This document shows positions 32,598-46,000 of a DNA stretch of 64,000 bases, in pieces (position 1 is the first letter of the stretch; each line of letters starts with the position of its first letter). Origin of the DNA: Chlorokybus atmophyticus. Taxonomy: Eukaryota > Plantae > Mesostigma and Chlorokybus algae. The DNA is taken from positions 23,712 through 87,711 of the forward strand of contig RHPI01003788.1 in the NCBI GenBank assembly GCA_009103225.1. The letters are read 5' to 3'. A model generated the notes under the pieces. That model saw nothing but the letters and a program-made list of their open reading frames with translations, did not search any database and had not been told where the DNA came from. The position numbers and the translations under genes are program-made.

Positions 32598-33952
32598 CTC
32601 ACGTAGATGCACTTGCTGTTGGTGACGCATTTAGCACTAGATGCTGCAGTCCTTATCACCTGCACACAAGCTCGCATGAGTGCCTTTCTTAAGGCACAAT
32701 GACTAACACATGGCGCCTGCAGTGCGTGCCGTTCACGGCACAAGCAGTCAACTTCTTCGGCGCAGACGGCACAACCAGGCTCTTCTGTCGGGGCTTCCTG
32801 GTAGAAAAAGCTGTCCGCGGTCGGTATGCAGCTTGCAATCTTGTGCCGGCATCGGCGCCTTTGCTCCCTTGTGCCAGTGACAGCACAAGATAGTCCAAGC
32901 TGAAGTCGGCACAATAGAGTTGGTGCCGTGATCGGTACAAGGTTCCACATCCCGATCACGGCACGAGACCAGCGATCCGTTGACGGTTCGCCAATCATTG
33001 TGCCGCTACCGGTGCAGAAAACTTATGCCGAGAGCGGCACAGTAGACTTGTACCATAGCAAAGCAGCAGCCTTCTCTCCTCCTGCGCTGTGACCGGCAGC
33101 GGATTACATCAGTGGCTTGTGCCGAGAACGGCACAACACCCTCGTACCGATCAGCAGCCTTGGAGCTGAGCTGAGCTGAGCCGGAGCTTGAGCTGAGCTG
33201 CATTCTTGAAGAAAAAGAAAGAGGCGGCGGCGCGAGCTGCGGCTGCTGGTTTACTTGGAGAAGCCAATGGCATGAGCTACTGCTGCTGCTGCTGCTGAGC
33301 TGCTTATGAGAAGAAGCTGCTTCTACCAAGAAGCAGATTTGGCAAAAATCGCACAGCAGCTGGAGCTGGAGCTGAGCTGCGGCAGGTTGGATGAAACTGT
33401 GTCTGGATTCTTGGGTTCTTGAGGACGGTGGCTGAGCTGCTGCTGCTGTTGAACTGAGCTGCTGCTGCAGAGCGGAGCTACTGCTGATACGAAGCGGAAC
33501 TGCTGCTGCTGCAAAGCGGAAGTGCTGCTGCTGCGGAGCAAAATTGCTGCTGTTGCGGAGCGGAGCTGCTGACAAGCTGCTGGGGAGAAGGAGCTACTTC
33601 TGCTCACAAGCTCTTGCTGGTAAGGCCTATACTAGCTTGTTATTGTTGATTGATTTGTCTCTATCAGTGAGGCTTGGTCGAGAGTGTCTCCCTTACAGTC
33701 TGTTAGCTTGCTGCTGGGCGTCTTGCATGCAGTCTCACTTGTTCATGGTAAATGCTTGTAGTTGCTCCGTTCTCGTTTGCTAAATCCAAGAAATTAGTGA
33801 CCGCTAATGCCAACTATTAGCCCCCAAATTGTCCGTCATATGCTGTCATTGTTAGCAGTATTCAAGTCCGACTTACACGCGATCATCTGCAGCCATGGCA
33901 GGACGCATTGTTCAACAGTCTGCTGTTCCCCCAATCTTCCGGTTTTGCCAAG

Positions 33953-34334
33953 TGTTGAAGTTATTCCTACATCCGGTCAGCTTGCCCTCTGCAAAGGAAT
34001 ACACAAGAGGACCTCGATGACTCCGGACTGAGTTCGAGCAAACTGCAAAGCAAGGCCTTACAAGAACCGTTTGGGGTTTTGATGTATACGAAGCCGAATG
34101 ACACGTGGAGTAGCTTGTTGGATAGATCTTGAAGTTAGCTACGTGGTGCAACTTACAGCACAGGATTTGGTTGAGTAGATCGTACGGTGTGGCTTGTAGA
34201 CCAGCAATGTGTGTATCTGGTGCAGAATTTGGCGGGTATAAGACCCGCGGACTTGTTGCCTTAATATAAGCTGTAGTGTTGTGATGTAGCATGTCACCCA
34301 TGTGCATGTGCTTGTCAACGTGTGTATGTCAACA
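33953..34334. mobile_element. Solo LTR (382 bp)
   Basis: TGTTGA...TCAACA with 5-bp TSD CCAAG (33948-33952 / 34335-34339). It is absent from copy 1 at 10246-10250. Confidence 0.9.
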
Positions 34335-35646
34335 CCAAGTGCTCACCGTCCTGTATGGGTAGTTACTCCAGCTTTAAGGATACATACACAGACAGAGATG
34401 CATACACAGACAGAGATACATACAGCTAGCAGCAGCATACCTACAGCAGCAGCATACATACAGGTAGCCGCTTGGACACAGACAATAAAACATGCAAAAA
34501 TGCAACTATGTAAGCATGAACCAAGCAAGCTCAACTTTATCTGCTGCACAACTTGGTCGGTGAGCTGCTGCAACTCGGAGCCGTGAGGGAGCTTCTCTTT
34601 GGGCGTTGCTCCTGGCAGTTTCTCAAACTGTTCAGGGCCCACACGAATTTTGGTGCAGGTGAAGGAGCCAACGTGTTGCTTGACCTTGCTGACGACGGAC
34701 CTCTGCAACAAGACGTGACAATATTTGCAGCGCCTAGGCTGCTCTGCACCAGACTGCCAGTATGCACTAGCCTCTGCCTTGCCCTTCATGCTTGCTATGC
34801 TCAATACGCTGCAACAGCTCAACGCTTCAAAAACCGAGGCCACCAAGCACGCCGCCGCCACACACAGGAATAGCCGTTGTATGTCCTATGTATGCTGCTG
34901 TGGCTATTTATTACTCAGGAGTCCTAACCCTAACCCTAACCCTAACTTGTGCGCAGCTGACTTCTGCGCAGTAAGACTCCGCAGAAGCACAGCTGTCCGC
35001 AGTGCTTCGGCGGCGGCGGTGGCGGCGGCGGAGGTGGCGGTAGTGAAGGTGGTGGCGGGGGTAAAATCGGTGGTTGACTGTTTTGCGTCTTGGCGTTTCC
35101 GGGCCTACTTGCTAGGTTGCGGTGCTGGAAGCTTTTTTTTTTTTTTTTTTTTTTTTTTGGTAAATCTCAACATGCTATTTTCCAGAAGATTTACTTTGTT
35201 AAGTGCGCAGCATAAAATCTATTAATGGTTTCCCTTTCTGTATAGTTGAGGGGTTTAGAGCCTTTCGTTTCAGGCTCACGATCGTTACTCGCAATGAAAT
35301 TATATCTTCTAAGGCGCATACCCAAAACAGATGCGCTACCGGACTGCGCTACACCTTGTTTATTNAACTTCGCGGATCCTTGAAGACGTGCAAAAGTTGA
35401 ACAGGGATGAGCCGAGGTTGCAAGCTGAAGATAAAGAGGAGCAGGACGAGACGGGAGCACAACCTGGGGACACAGGTGTGCTTGCTTTCAACTAGTCTGC
35501 TGCCAAGCTGCTGGTGCAACTTAGTTGCTCCTGCAGCTGAAGCTCTGCTTGCTCATTGGTATGCTATGGTCTGCAACTTCAATCAAGCTAAAGCTACAAC
35601 TCGATTGAACCTGCGGCTTGGCTGAAGCTGCAGCTTGAGTAAAAGT

Positions 35647-36112
35647 TGTTGAGGATATTCTTGTATCCGGTCAGCTTGCCTTGTGGATATAAATAGCCGC
35701 GAGAAGATTCAGGCGCGAGAAGGTTCCAGTCGAGAAAGGTCCAGACGAGGACTTCAGTCGAGAAGGTTCCAGGCGCGGAGTCGAGTCCGGAGTCTGGAGA
35801 CTTCCAGGCGCTGTAGAAACGTTGTAGCTCGGTGGTTACGTCATTGTATGGCGCGTGTCATAGCTTGTTGGAAAGCTCTTGAAAGTAGCTACGTGGTGCA
35901 ACTTAGAGCGCAGGAATCGGTTGAGTGTAGAAGTCGTGGTGGCTTCTAGAGTAGACAGGTGCAGAACTGGCGGGCATAAAAGCCCGCGGTATGACTTTGT
36001 TGTAATCCTTAGAAAGCCTTTTGGATCAGCCTTGTGTGTATGCTCTGGTAGGGTGTGTGTACTTGTGCTTGCACCAACTCCATGCATGGTCAGTAGTGTC
36101 CGAATCTCAACA
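35647..36112. mobile_element. Solo LTR (466 bp), related to the one at 33953
   Basis: TGTTGA...TCAACA with 5-bp TSD AAAGT (35642-35646 / 36113-36117). It shares ATCCGGTCAGCTTGCC, AGCTACGTGGTGCAACTTA and GTGCAGAA.TGGCGGG.ATAA with 33953-34334, and has a TATAAATA box. Confidence 0.9.
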
Positions 36113-39100
36113 AAAGTTGCATATCGGCTTTCTGCCAAGTAGAGCCTCAGCCAAGCCGCAGCTGCAGTTTAGCTGAAGTGGTAGGTTGGGTGAAGCTCTA
36201 CTTGCTTTGCTGTATTTTGTACGCTTCGGTCTGCAGCTTCAGTCAAGCAACAGCGTTAGCCAAGCCGCAATTGCAACATAGCTGAAGCTGCAGCTTGGCT
36301 GAAGCTCTGCTTGCTTTGCTCTCTTTTGCAAGTGCCATGCGCTGACTGTTGGCCTTGTGCACAGGAGCTGTTGATAAACTTAACTGCGAAGAGGAGTCAG
36401 AGGCAGTCAAGAAGGCAAAGCTGGAGGAAAAGTGCTTTGCCCCTGTCGCTGACAAGCCTAGGGGACTAGAGCAAAATGGGCAAGCTTACTTGAAGAAGAA
36501 GGACGAGACACAGTGGAGAATACAGGAGGACAACCGCAAGCTTCTAAAGGAGAAGATGTGGGCCAAGTTCCCAGACCACTCCGTGTTGACAGGAGCTATA
36601 ATCGGGCCGGCCCAGATAATGACATGAGGAGGAGGTGGTGGCGGATGTAATGCAGAAGCACACTCCGCTGGAGATCAACGGACAGACATTGCGCTGGCCT
36701 GCAAGTAAGTAGTCTGCGTCTGCCTATGTGCATGAGCGTCTATATACCAGCTTCCACCTGCCAGATGCCTTGTGCTTCCTGCAGAATGGCTGCTCACTGC
36801 CTCTTGTTTGCAGGATGGATTCGTTAGCAAATCCGCCGGTTTGTGGATATTGCAAGACGGGGCTATCCATTAACGCCAGGCGAAACGGTAGGCTTGACCC
36901 GTAAGCAGCGCAAGGAGAAGATGCGCGCTGCACGCGCTGAGAAGTGCGCTGACGCAGAGGAGCCAGCTCCACGCCGCTCGCGCACAGACTACGGGCTTGG
37001 CCCACATTTCACCGTTGCAGACTTTCCCTCCAGCCAAAATGCTGTGCTGCTTGCCTTGTTGACTGCTGAGCCGCCTTCTCAAGCGCAGCTGCGTGAGGAC
37101 TGGGTGGCTTTCAGGTACGCCATTTATCCTCTTGCACAAGGCTTTGCACCCGCACTCGTAAGGAATTCAAATGCGGCTGGTGCTGCAGACCCGCAGGAGA
37201 TGCTACAAGCACCAGCGGCAGCAGCAGCCGCAGGGTTGTGGCTGTTGGGCGCGGTCAAGTACTGGAGGTGCTTGAGCAAGAGACTCCTTGGCGCAGCTAC
37301 AAAGTGAAGGTGCTGGAGTGGTACAACGCCAAGGGTATCGGTGATCAACGCGTCTACATGCCAGTACGTGACACGGACGGGTATGCTGGCCAGCTGACCG
37401 GGGACGAGCACTTGTGCAGCAATATCTTGGTGAGCGTAGTAGAGCGTGTGCTGCGGCACAGCACATTGCAAGCGTAACTGCAAGGAAGACTATATGCGTG
37501 ACATGCACTAATGCGGCTGCTTGAGTGATGCAGGGACGCAGTTGTGCTTGGCCTGCATCCTTGGTAGCCCCGTCTGCAGTCTGCCCTTGCTCAGACTGCT
37601 CTTCAGGCGACTGCATTGCAGAGTCACCCCTAGATGCGTTCGCGCGCTCGTGGTTGACAAGCGCGTGCAGCCAGAAGACCAGCATGACATCAATCAGAGG
37701 GTAAGAACATTGCAATGGGTTGTAACGTGTGCAGCATGCTTGCATGATGCACACTTGTAACAATTCTTGCTTGCAGATCAATCATTGCTTTGACCACCTC
37801 CAGCACTTGGCTGGCATCTGCAGCAATACCTTTTGCGCCAATGTTCCCAACCGCGAGAGCTTGCTAGAGGTGTACACTTCCTGGAGGGGGACATACGGAA
37901 TGTAGATTGGGAGGCTGCCGAAGGAGGACCATCTGCTTGCAAAGTTCACTGACTCGCAGATCGGTCTCATGCTTGTTACATTTGCAGTCAACAAGCGCTG
38001 GCTGGTACAGGAAGACTCTGGAGAAGCACGCTATGGCTGGCACTGGAATAGTCAAGCCAAGCGACAACCCGGTCCATAATTGGGTACCAAGCTGAAGACC
38101 TTCGCTCATCTTTCTTGCAGCAACCAGTCTAGCTTCCATGCAGCTTCCTTGCAGCCGCCAGTCTAGCTTCCTGCTAAAAGTCTGACATCTTGCTAGCAGT
38201 TTAGCTTGCTACCAGCAGTTTAGCTTCCTGGTAGCAGTTAGCTTCTTGCAAACAATTGGAGCCTATTCTAGTACTAGTTAAGAGTACATGGTACAATGTA
38301 AACTCCATATGAGGTTAAGATTTCTTTGCCAGGAAAACTGCCTGCAATTTGCCTGCATATGCCTGCTATATTGTGCTGCTAATTGTGGAATAGAGATGGC
38401 TGGGCCGTTATTGGCATGACTGCTGGTCCATCGAGGTCGACACACCAGGAGCTGTGCCGTCAACGGCACGACTGCTGCTGCTGCTGTGCCGAAGTCGGCA
38501 GAAGTGCTGCTGTGCCGACGACGGTGGGGTCGCAGCTGTGCCAAAGACGGCAGAAGCGCTGCTGTGCCGAAGACGTTAGAAGTACTGATGTGCCGAGGTC
38601 GGCCCAACGCAGTTTGCCCCGTCAGCGGCAGTAACCAGCTTGTGCCGGCTGACAGATGGTGACTTACGATCCTCTGCCGGCACAAAGCGACTTGTGCCGT
38701 CTTGGGAGAAGAACTGCTCGCAGAACTCGAAGGCAGGTGCCGCTGACGGCACAATTGGCTTGTGCTGAGAACGGATTCTGCTGCAGGCGCCGTGTGTAAG
38801 TGGCGTGCACACTGCAACCCTTGGCCATGATGACAACTAGTTAAAGCCAGAACTTGCACAACTGCATTAGCTACCCGAGTAGGCATAGGAACTTGTAACC
38901 AAGCCTTTGCCTCCACACCGTGTTGCCTTCACACCCTATCCGCTCATCACCAATGTGTAATTAAATTACATGCGTGCAATGCAATTCCAGCCCTCAACAC
39001 TTGCAATGCAACGCCACTAACACATTGACGCAATACAACAACACCTAGCGCCGTCCCCAACACTTGTGATCACAAAGATTAAAAAGCTAGCGCGCATAAC

Positions 39101-39959
39101 ATTAAGTGGTGGCTGAACTTAAGTTATACAATTGTTCGTTAATTGTGCCACAAATTAGCAAGAAGTTGTATCAATGAGACATTAATAAGTTATAATAAAT
39201 CCCATGTTAAAAGCTGCAACCGCCTATAAAATATATAATTATGGCAAACTATGAACATGTAGTAGCCAGTAATGTATTAATGTTTGAAACTCAAATTTCC
39301 CGCTACACTAGTCCAAACGCGACGTGATTTAAATTGGACGGTGGTTATAGGCCTCATCTAACCGTCCCTAGCCACCCACCGCAATCCTAGCACCCTAGCC
39401 ACAGTGACGGCTAAAAAACCTCAATCGCCGAACTTAGGGCATTTTACCCTACACGGTACTACCTCCACGACCGCCGTCACCAGCCGGCTTGTCCGTGGCA
39501 CCCACCACGCGTTTTGGCCTGTCTGTTGCGCGCGATGCACGTGATTGCGTGCAGCGTGACACGTTACCGGCTGACGCGGCGGCCGTCCAGCGGGTAACGC
39601 GTCACTCTCGTCACTTAGATGTAACACAGCCTTCACGGAGTACTACAGTCTACCCTCGATGTAGTGACCACGGATATTTTGGGCCGTTTTGTCACTACAC
39701 AGAGGTGTCATTTCTTCGATGTAGAGACCAGCAGCCACTGGAACGTAAGTATACTATGTAGTGACAGTTGGTCGTTATAGCGAGGTTTGAGCCAACTGCT
39801 GGGTTGTGCTCTATGTAGTGACAACTGGTCACTGCAGCGAGATAAGTTGATGGTGTTGCTTGCAATCAAGTCATGTCCAAATGCAAACATGCATGAACAT
39901 AAAGGGCTTTATATGTGATGCCTCAACTCAAGCTCTATATTAATACTTAACAACAATAC

Positions 39960-41899
39960 ACCCCTCTAACCACCAAATGAACCAAATGTTCGTTTGCCTC
40001 GCGCGTGTTGACGGCCGATGCGCGAACGTCTTGGCAATGATGCGCTGCATGTCTCAAGCATCACGTGGTGTGAATGTGTATGCATTATCATCAATGAAAA
40101 CTTGTAGACGGCTAGCTATCACACGAGCTTCTTGTAGCAGAAACGCACGGTGGGGGAATGTTGTCAACATCAATGTCGTCGAGATCCTCTTCCTCCATCG
40201 TGGTTGAGTCGGGCTCTGTCACCAGCTCCACCAGCTCCTCCACACTCAACTCCGCCTTAACTTCATCTTCTTCCACCAAGTTGACATACTCTTCCGCCGT
40301 CAACTTGTCTTCAATGTCGAGGCGATCAATGAGTGCAGCGAGCTCGTCGACGTCCTCCTTTTCTAGGCGTGTTGCGGATCGCTCATCAGCCTCACGAATG
40401 TCGGCGTCCCATGATGCTGGAAGAATCCCTGCCTTTCTCCAGCAATTGCGAATGGTTTGTTGCTCCACCGATTCCCATGCACTCACTGCCCAATACAAGA
40501 CTTGCGTAATGTTGGCTTTGAGGTTTGAGACTTGGGTGGAGGCCTCCTCACTTTGTGAAAGCAGCCACTCAACCAGCAACTTCCTGTATCGAACCTTGAA
40601 GCACGCGATGATGCCTTGATCTAATGGCTAAATCTTAGAGGTGGTGTTTGGAGGAAGATACATCAGCGTCACATGTGTAAACTTCGCAACGTTCAGCCCA
40701 TGAAGCTCTCCTTTCTCTACATGAGCGTCCGGCAAGATGTGACTTGATGCGTTGTCCAGCAGCAGCACAATGTGCTTCTCCGCCATTGACATGCGTGCAT
40801 TGAGCTTCTTCAACCAATGTAGGAAGAACTTGGTGGTCATCCACGCCGAGGCGTTGTTGTAGTAGTCCACAAACTTAAGTGGATTGAAGATGTTGCCAAA
40901 GCAGCGTGGTCTTGCATACTTGTGAATGAAGACGATGCGTTCCTTGCATGTGCCATCTACATTGACGGCGAAGCCCAGCGTGACGCGCTCTTTGCACTTC
41001 TTTCGGCCTCGCACTTGTTCGGTGGCCAATGTGCGGTCTGGTGTTTGTCGTATTTGCAGACCAGCCTCATCAAAGTTGTATGTGGTTTCTGGCGTTGCAC
41101 CGAGCTCGTCCAAGACCAGCGGCAACTTCTCTCGCGCCCTGGCGACCCCTTCTTCGTCGGCATCAGGGAATTCACCTTGGTATTTGAAGCATCTGATGCC
41201 ATGCCTAACAACACAACATGCTCAGTAGCAAATCTTAATGATACACGAGGTAGCCACCACTCCAACACACGCCTTACCTTTTCTGTACTTGTCCAACCAG
41301 TCGGAGGACGCCTTAAACGCTGCCTCGTCAATGTGCATCTCATCTCTTATCTTAATGGCTTGTCCAGTCAGCATGACATCCGAGATGTCCACATTTGCAT
41401 TACGCTTTTGCAAATGTTGACATAGCACATTCAATTGGCACGTGCATGCAATTGTATGCATGTGCACCCATGAATACGCTTATGCAATATGCAGTCAGCA
41501 ACTGGCAGCACAAGACTACTGACTGAAAGTGTATGCAAGTGTGTTGAAGTGCATGCATGTACACGCATGCATGCAAGTGTGCAATTAGCAAATTGCAGTA
41601 AGAGACTATCAAGTACTCACTTGTTGGAACCACAAGAATAATGCTTGCTCTAGGCGCTCATAGCGTGCACTGCGCTCTGTCATTTTGACTGCTGCATGCT
41701 TGTCTGCCTTGTCAACTCCTAACCATTTCTCTTTGCCTTGAAGGATAACGGACAGGGTGTTGCGCTTGATTGCCTTCTTCAACTTGTTGGTGGCCTCCTG
41801 TGCCAGCCTGTTGTGAGAGTAGTCTGGATACTTGTCGTGCAACTCACATATCTGCTTCTTCTCTAGCGCGCTCAGATGCACGCGCTTCCGATCTGCCAT
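39960..41899 (-). pseudogene. pogo-3 transposase (CENP-B N-terminal HTH, Tc5 HTH, DDE_1), three exons
   Basis: MADRKRVHLSALEKKQIC..RYERLEQALFLWFQQ|..FKASSDWLDKYRK|RHGIR..TYNFDEAGL..KKCKERVT..NASAWMT..LLLDNASSH..LPPNTTSKI*PLDQGII. There is a nonsense TAG at 40628-40630 where Gln is expected, and the 3' end is degenerate. Confidence 0.92.
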
Positions 41900-41929
41900 C
41901 TGCATAAGCACATACGTGAATGCACTTGC

Positions 41930-42692
<763 letters not shown>

Positions 42693-43074
42693 TTGTATCA
42701 CTGCCACCACCTAGATGTGCGGCTAATGTGAGGGGCTGGAGTTGCCACACATGATGACACTCACAACCAGTGACGCCGCAGTAGCGCCGCCACCCAACCG
42801 CCGCTGCAGCGGCCGCCGCCGCTGCTGTCGCTCCCGCGGCACTGGCGCCCCTAACTCCTGTTACAAGCAGCCCTAACCAATGCAATGTATACATATTACC
42901 CTCGCTGTAGTGACGCTCCCTCCTAGCGCCACTGGTCATTACAGCGAGTGTGATAGTCATTATAAGAGGTTGAGTTTGCCTGATGTAAATCGGTATGTAA
43001 AATAATGGTCACTATTGCGAGGGAGTTATAAGAACGGGGGTGATTACAGCGAGGGTAGACTGTACACCGGTACT

Positions 43075-46000
43075 TACCAGCCAGTGGGCCCAGAAGGGGC
43101 TTGCAGGAAGGATTAGACATCTGCCGTTGCTGCTTTTGGGCCTTTCAATGGCCACGATGTCCGGGGGGCCGTTGTGAGATCGCGATAAGTGCGTGAAGGT
43201 TTGTGAGTATGTGTGCGCTTTTATGTTATGATTTGTGACCTCGCGTGCTACATTGGGTCTTAACCAAGCGTGTTTGGCTGTGAGTTCCTGTGCCTCCTTG
43301 TGACGCTGTGAGGGCTTCCTCGTTGTGAATTTATGTGAGGGTTTGTGAGTATGCGTGTACTTGCGTGCATGCTCTGTCAGTGCGCGCGGGATGTGTTTTT
43401 AATTTAATTGGGGAGCGGCGGTGGTAACGGCGGCGGCGGCGGCATGGATCAGTCTGAACAGGGGCAGACTTCCCCTGGTGAGGGGGCTGGTGGGGTTCTG
43501 TGTACACAGCACCCATCGCTGCCAGCTCAGGAGGCTGGCACGAAGGCCAGCACTTCCCCGGGGACTGAGGCGAGGAAGGCTAAGCGGAAGAAGCATGCGG
43601 ATGCGCAAAAGGCTGTTAGGGTAGCCACAAAGCTGAAGGAGGAGTCAATGATGAGAGCTCTCCGTCGTGACTGCAACTTGCATGAATCATGTGTGCCATA
43701 CCATGTTGTATTCAATGCAATAACTAGTGGCAAGAAGTGGAGGTACCACGCAAAGAATGACGCTTTCCACCAACTTGAGGTGAGTATGCAGTGTTGGATT
43801 GATGGGTAACGTGGTCGTGTGGACTGAGCAAGATGAGTGTGCTTGTAGGGTAACTTTGTGGAGCGTATAGCTGTGCATGCTGCTATGCCAAGTGTAGGTG
43901 GAGCCATGCCGCATACCCCAGCCCCTAGTGAGGCTGGCAGGACACCTGCGTTTTAGAAGGCTCTGATGCGCAATGCTGATGTGAGTAGCTGTACTAAATG
44001 ATCTGGTTGTACTCGTTGATTGTATTGTATTGGTAATTGTGATTATTGGTGTTATTGTGCACGCAGGGCCAGTTGGTGGAGGTCACGCTGCCGGCTGGCT
44101 CAGTGGGCTTCACGCCTGACAGGGGGCCTCAATTTACTCCTAGGCCAGCACTTGGAGAGCGCACCAATCTGCACCCCTCACAGTCTTCGCAGCAGCACTC
44201 TAGCAACAACTGGGGCACAGGTGATTAGGGGTTGGGATAGGGTAGTTAAGCTTAGCACCCATGCCCGGTAGCGAACTCATGCGTACGTCTGTTGACTTTG
44301 CTGGTGCTGCTGTGCAGGCAATGCAGATGAACATGATTATAGTAGATGTGCACAATGGCAGACCATGTGCAACGAGTCTACTGCAGAGTCAATCAGCTTG
44401 CGTGCAATCACCAATGCACAAGCCATGCATGTGGAGGAGTTGCAGGCCTCACTGTACATGACATGCAACTAGAGACAAGTGAGAGCATTCAGTTGCAACC
44501 AGGCACTAGTTGTGGCAATGTACGAGGGTATATATAAGATATGTAAGGCCAGTGTGGTGACTGATATTTGTCAACCCTCAGAGCCTGGACGCTGAGTTAC
44601 GAAGAAGTGTGGAGGAAACATGCTCCCTACAGACTCAGTTGGGAAGGTGCCAGATGGAGCTCACAGGTGTGAGTGAGGACCTAGCTTGCAGCAGGTCTAT
44701 GGTACAGCAGTATTAGTCGCAGCTGTTAAATCTACAGAACCAGCTACGAGATGACGGCAGTAGGCAGTCTGCGCTTAGGGCTGGGGTGTGGCGAGAGTCT
44801 GTGGCTACCATGCGAGATGCAGCTGAAGCACTGATGGATGAGGGGTCAGCTACAAATGCGTGCAAGGCTGTGGCGAGAGGATTGCAAGACGAGGATGCCG
44901 CTCTCTTGCTGCAAGAGTGGGCACTGCGTTGTGGTGTCGCCACTCGGGTGCTGTCACAGGCATTGCAACGTGTTTTTGGGGCTATTCTGGTGCAACCGAC
45001 GGGATCCCCAAGGCTCGGCACTGTGCTGCTGGTGCGAGGCACTGACCATGGCCGTGCATTGGCGAAGGCTGTGTATGCTGGCTGGGTGCTGCGGAAGCTC
45101 AAAGAGTCAGCTGTAGATACAAAGCAAAGTGAGGGGGTTGTCAATGAGTAATTGCTATGGCATCTTGGTGAAGGTGTTGGCCATCATAGGCTTGTGGATT
45201 GCGGAGAGAGCTGCTGTGCGGGCTGGTTGTGATGATGATAATATGAAGGATCGCCTGAAAGTCATGCGCAATCAGACAGCAGTGATATATGCTAATGCAC
45301 TTTATGCACGCAACCCCAAGGCATACTCAAAGTTTCACCTGGTGCTAGCCGACTATATAGAGGGCTTTTATGCCAAACCAAAGCTGCTGCACATGATGAA
45401 TCGTCTTGGGTTATGTGTGAGCCGCTACACACTCAACAAGTCAATCTAGCAAGTTGATTATGCTGCATGGTGATTACCTGGCAGCTGGTGTGACGGCCTG
45501 TGCTGACCTGGTGTGCTGTGGACCTTGTAGGCATGTCACAACGAGAACAACTGCCATGGCAACTGCCCCCTTGCAGTTTGGCCTGCATGCGGACAAGTTA
45601 GTTGTGTGCAGTATTGACAACCTCGACTTTCAACAGTCATATACACTGATGTATATGGGCAAGGAGTTGTTCCACGGCTTGCATTGCACCACCACACAGG
45701 CTATCGCTACATGGCCTCGAGCACAACGTGACATTCAGCCCGAAGTCAGCATGACCAAGATCAGCAGACAATGAGGGTGCTGTGTTGCAGTGCAAACTAC
45801 TTGATGGTGCAGGACACCTCTTTACAGGTGGTGTCTTGGCAGCCTGTGAGATGGCGTACCTTGAGAGAGGCTGGCATCACAATACGCATGGACCTGGACC
45901 ACCAGCGTCCGTTTTTGCAAGTGCCACGAAGATTCTTGGCGCTGCCATGACCAGAGATTGTGGTGTACTAATATGATGGAGAGCAAGAAGCGCTGGACTT

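Larger units (their letters stand above)
32707..38796 (+). mobile_element. CACTA/EnSpm-type element, copy 2 (6,090 bp), internal deletion derivative
   Basis: Same TIRs (CACATGGCGCCTGCAG at 32707; CTGCAGGCGCCGTGTG at 38781-38796) with TSD TAA (32704-32706 / 38797-38799). It is collinear with copy 1 except for a deletion equivalent to ~4652-10220 (junction ~33922), two solo-LTR insertions and a shorter subterminal array. Confidence 0.95.
29952..39456 (-). mobile_element. Fot1/pogo-like DD35D DNA transposon (pogo-2), ~3.4 kb after removing CACTA copy 2
   Basis: Degenerate ~32-bp TIRs: CCATCTAGGGTTAAATGCTCCAATTTCGGCAA (29952) vs the reverse complement of the right end, CCGTGTAGGGTAAAATGCCCTAAGTTCGGCGA (ends 39456, followed by TA). 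The left TSD is not intact. Confidence 0.65.

Noticed and set aside
32704-38799. PIF/Harbinger assignment because of the TAA TSD
   Set aside because: The sister copy has a TTG TSD, the termini start CAC, and the transposase motifs are Transposase_21-like.
43060-43080. TSD and extended TIR for the Academ-like element
   Set aside because: Candidate flanks (ACT/CAG, CCGG/CCCG) do not match, and pogo-3 inserted about 10 bp from the left end. No TSD is claimed.
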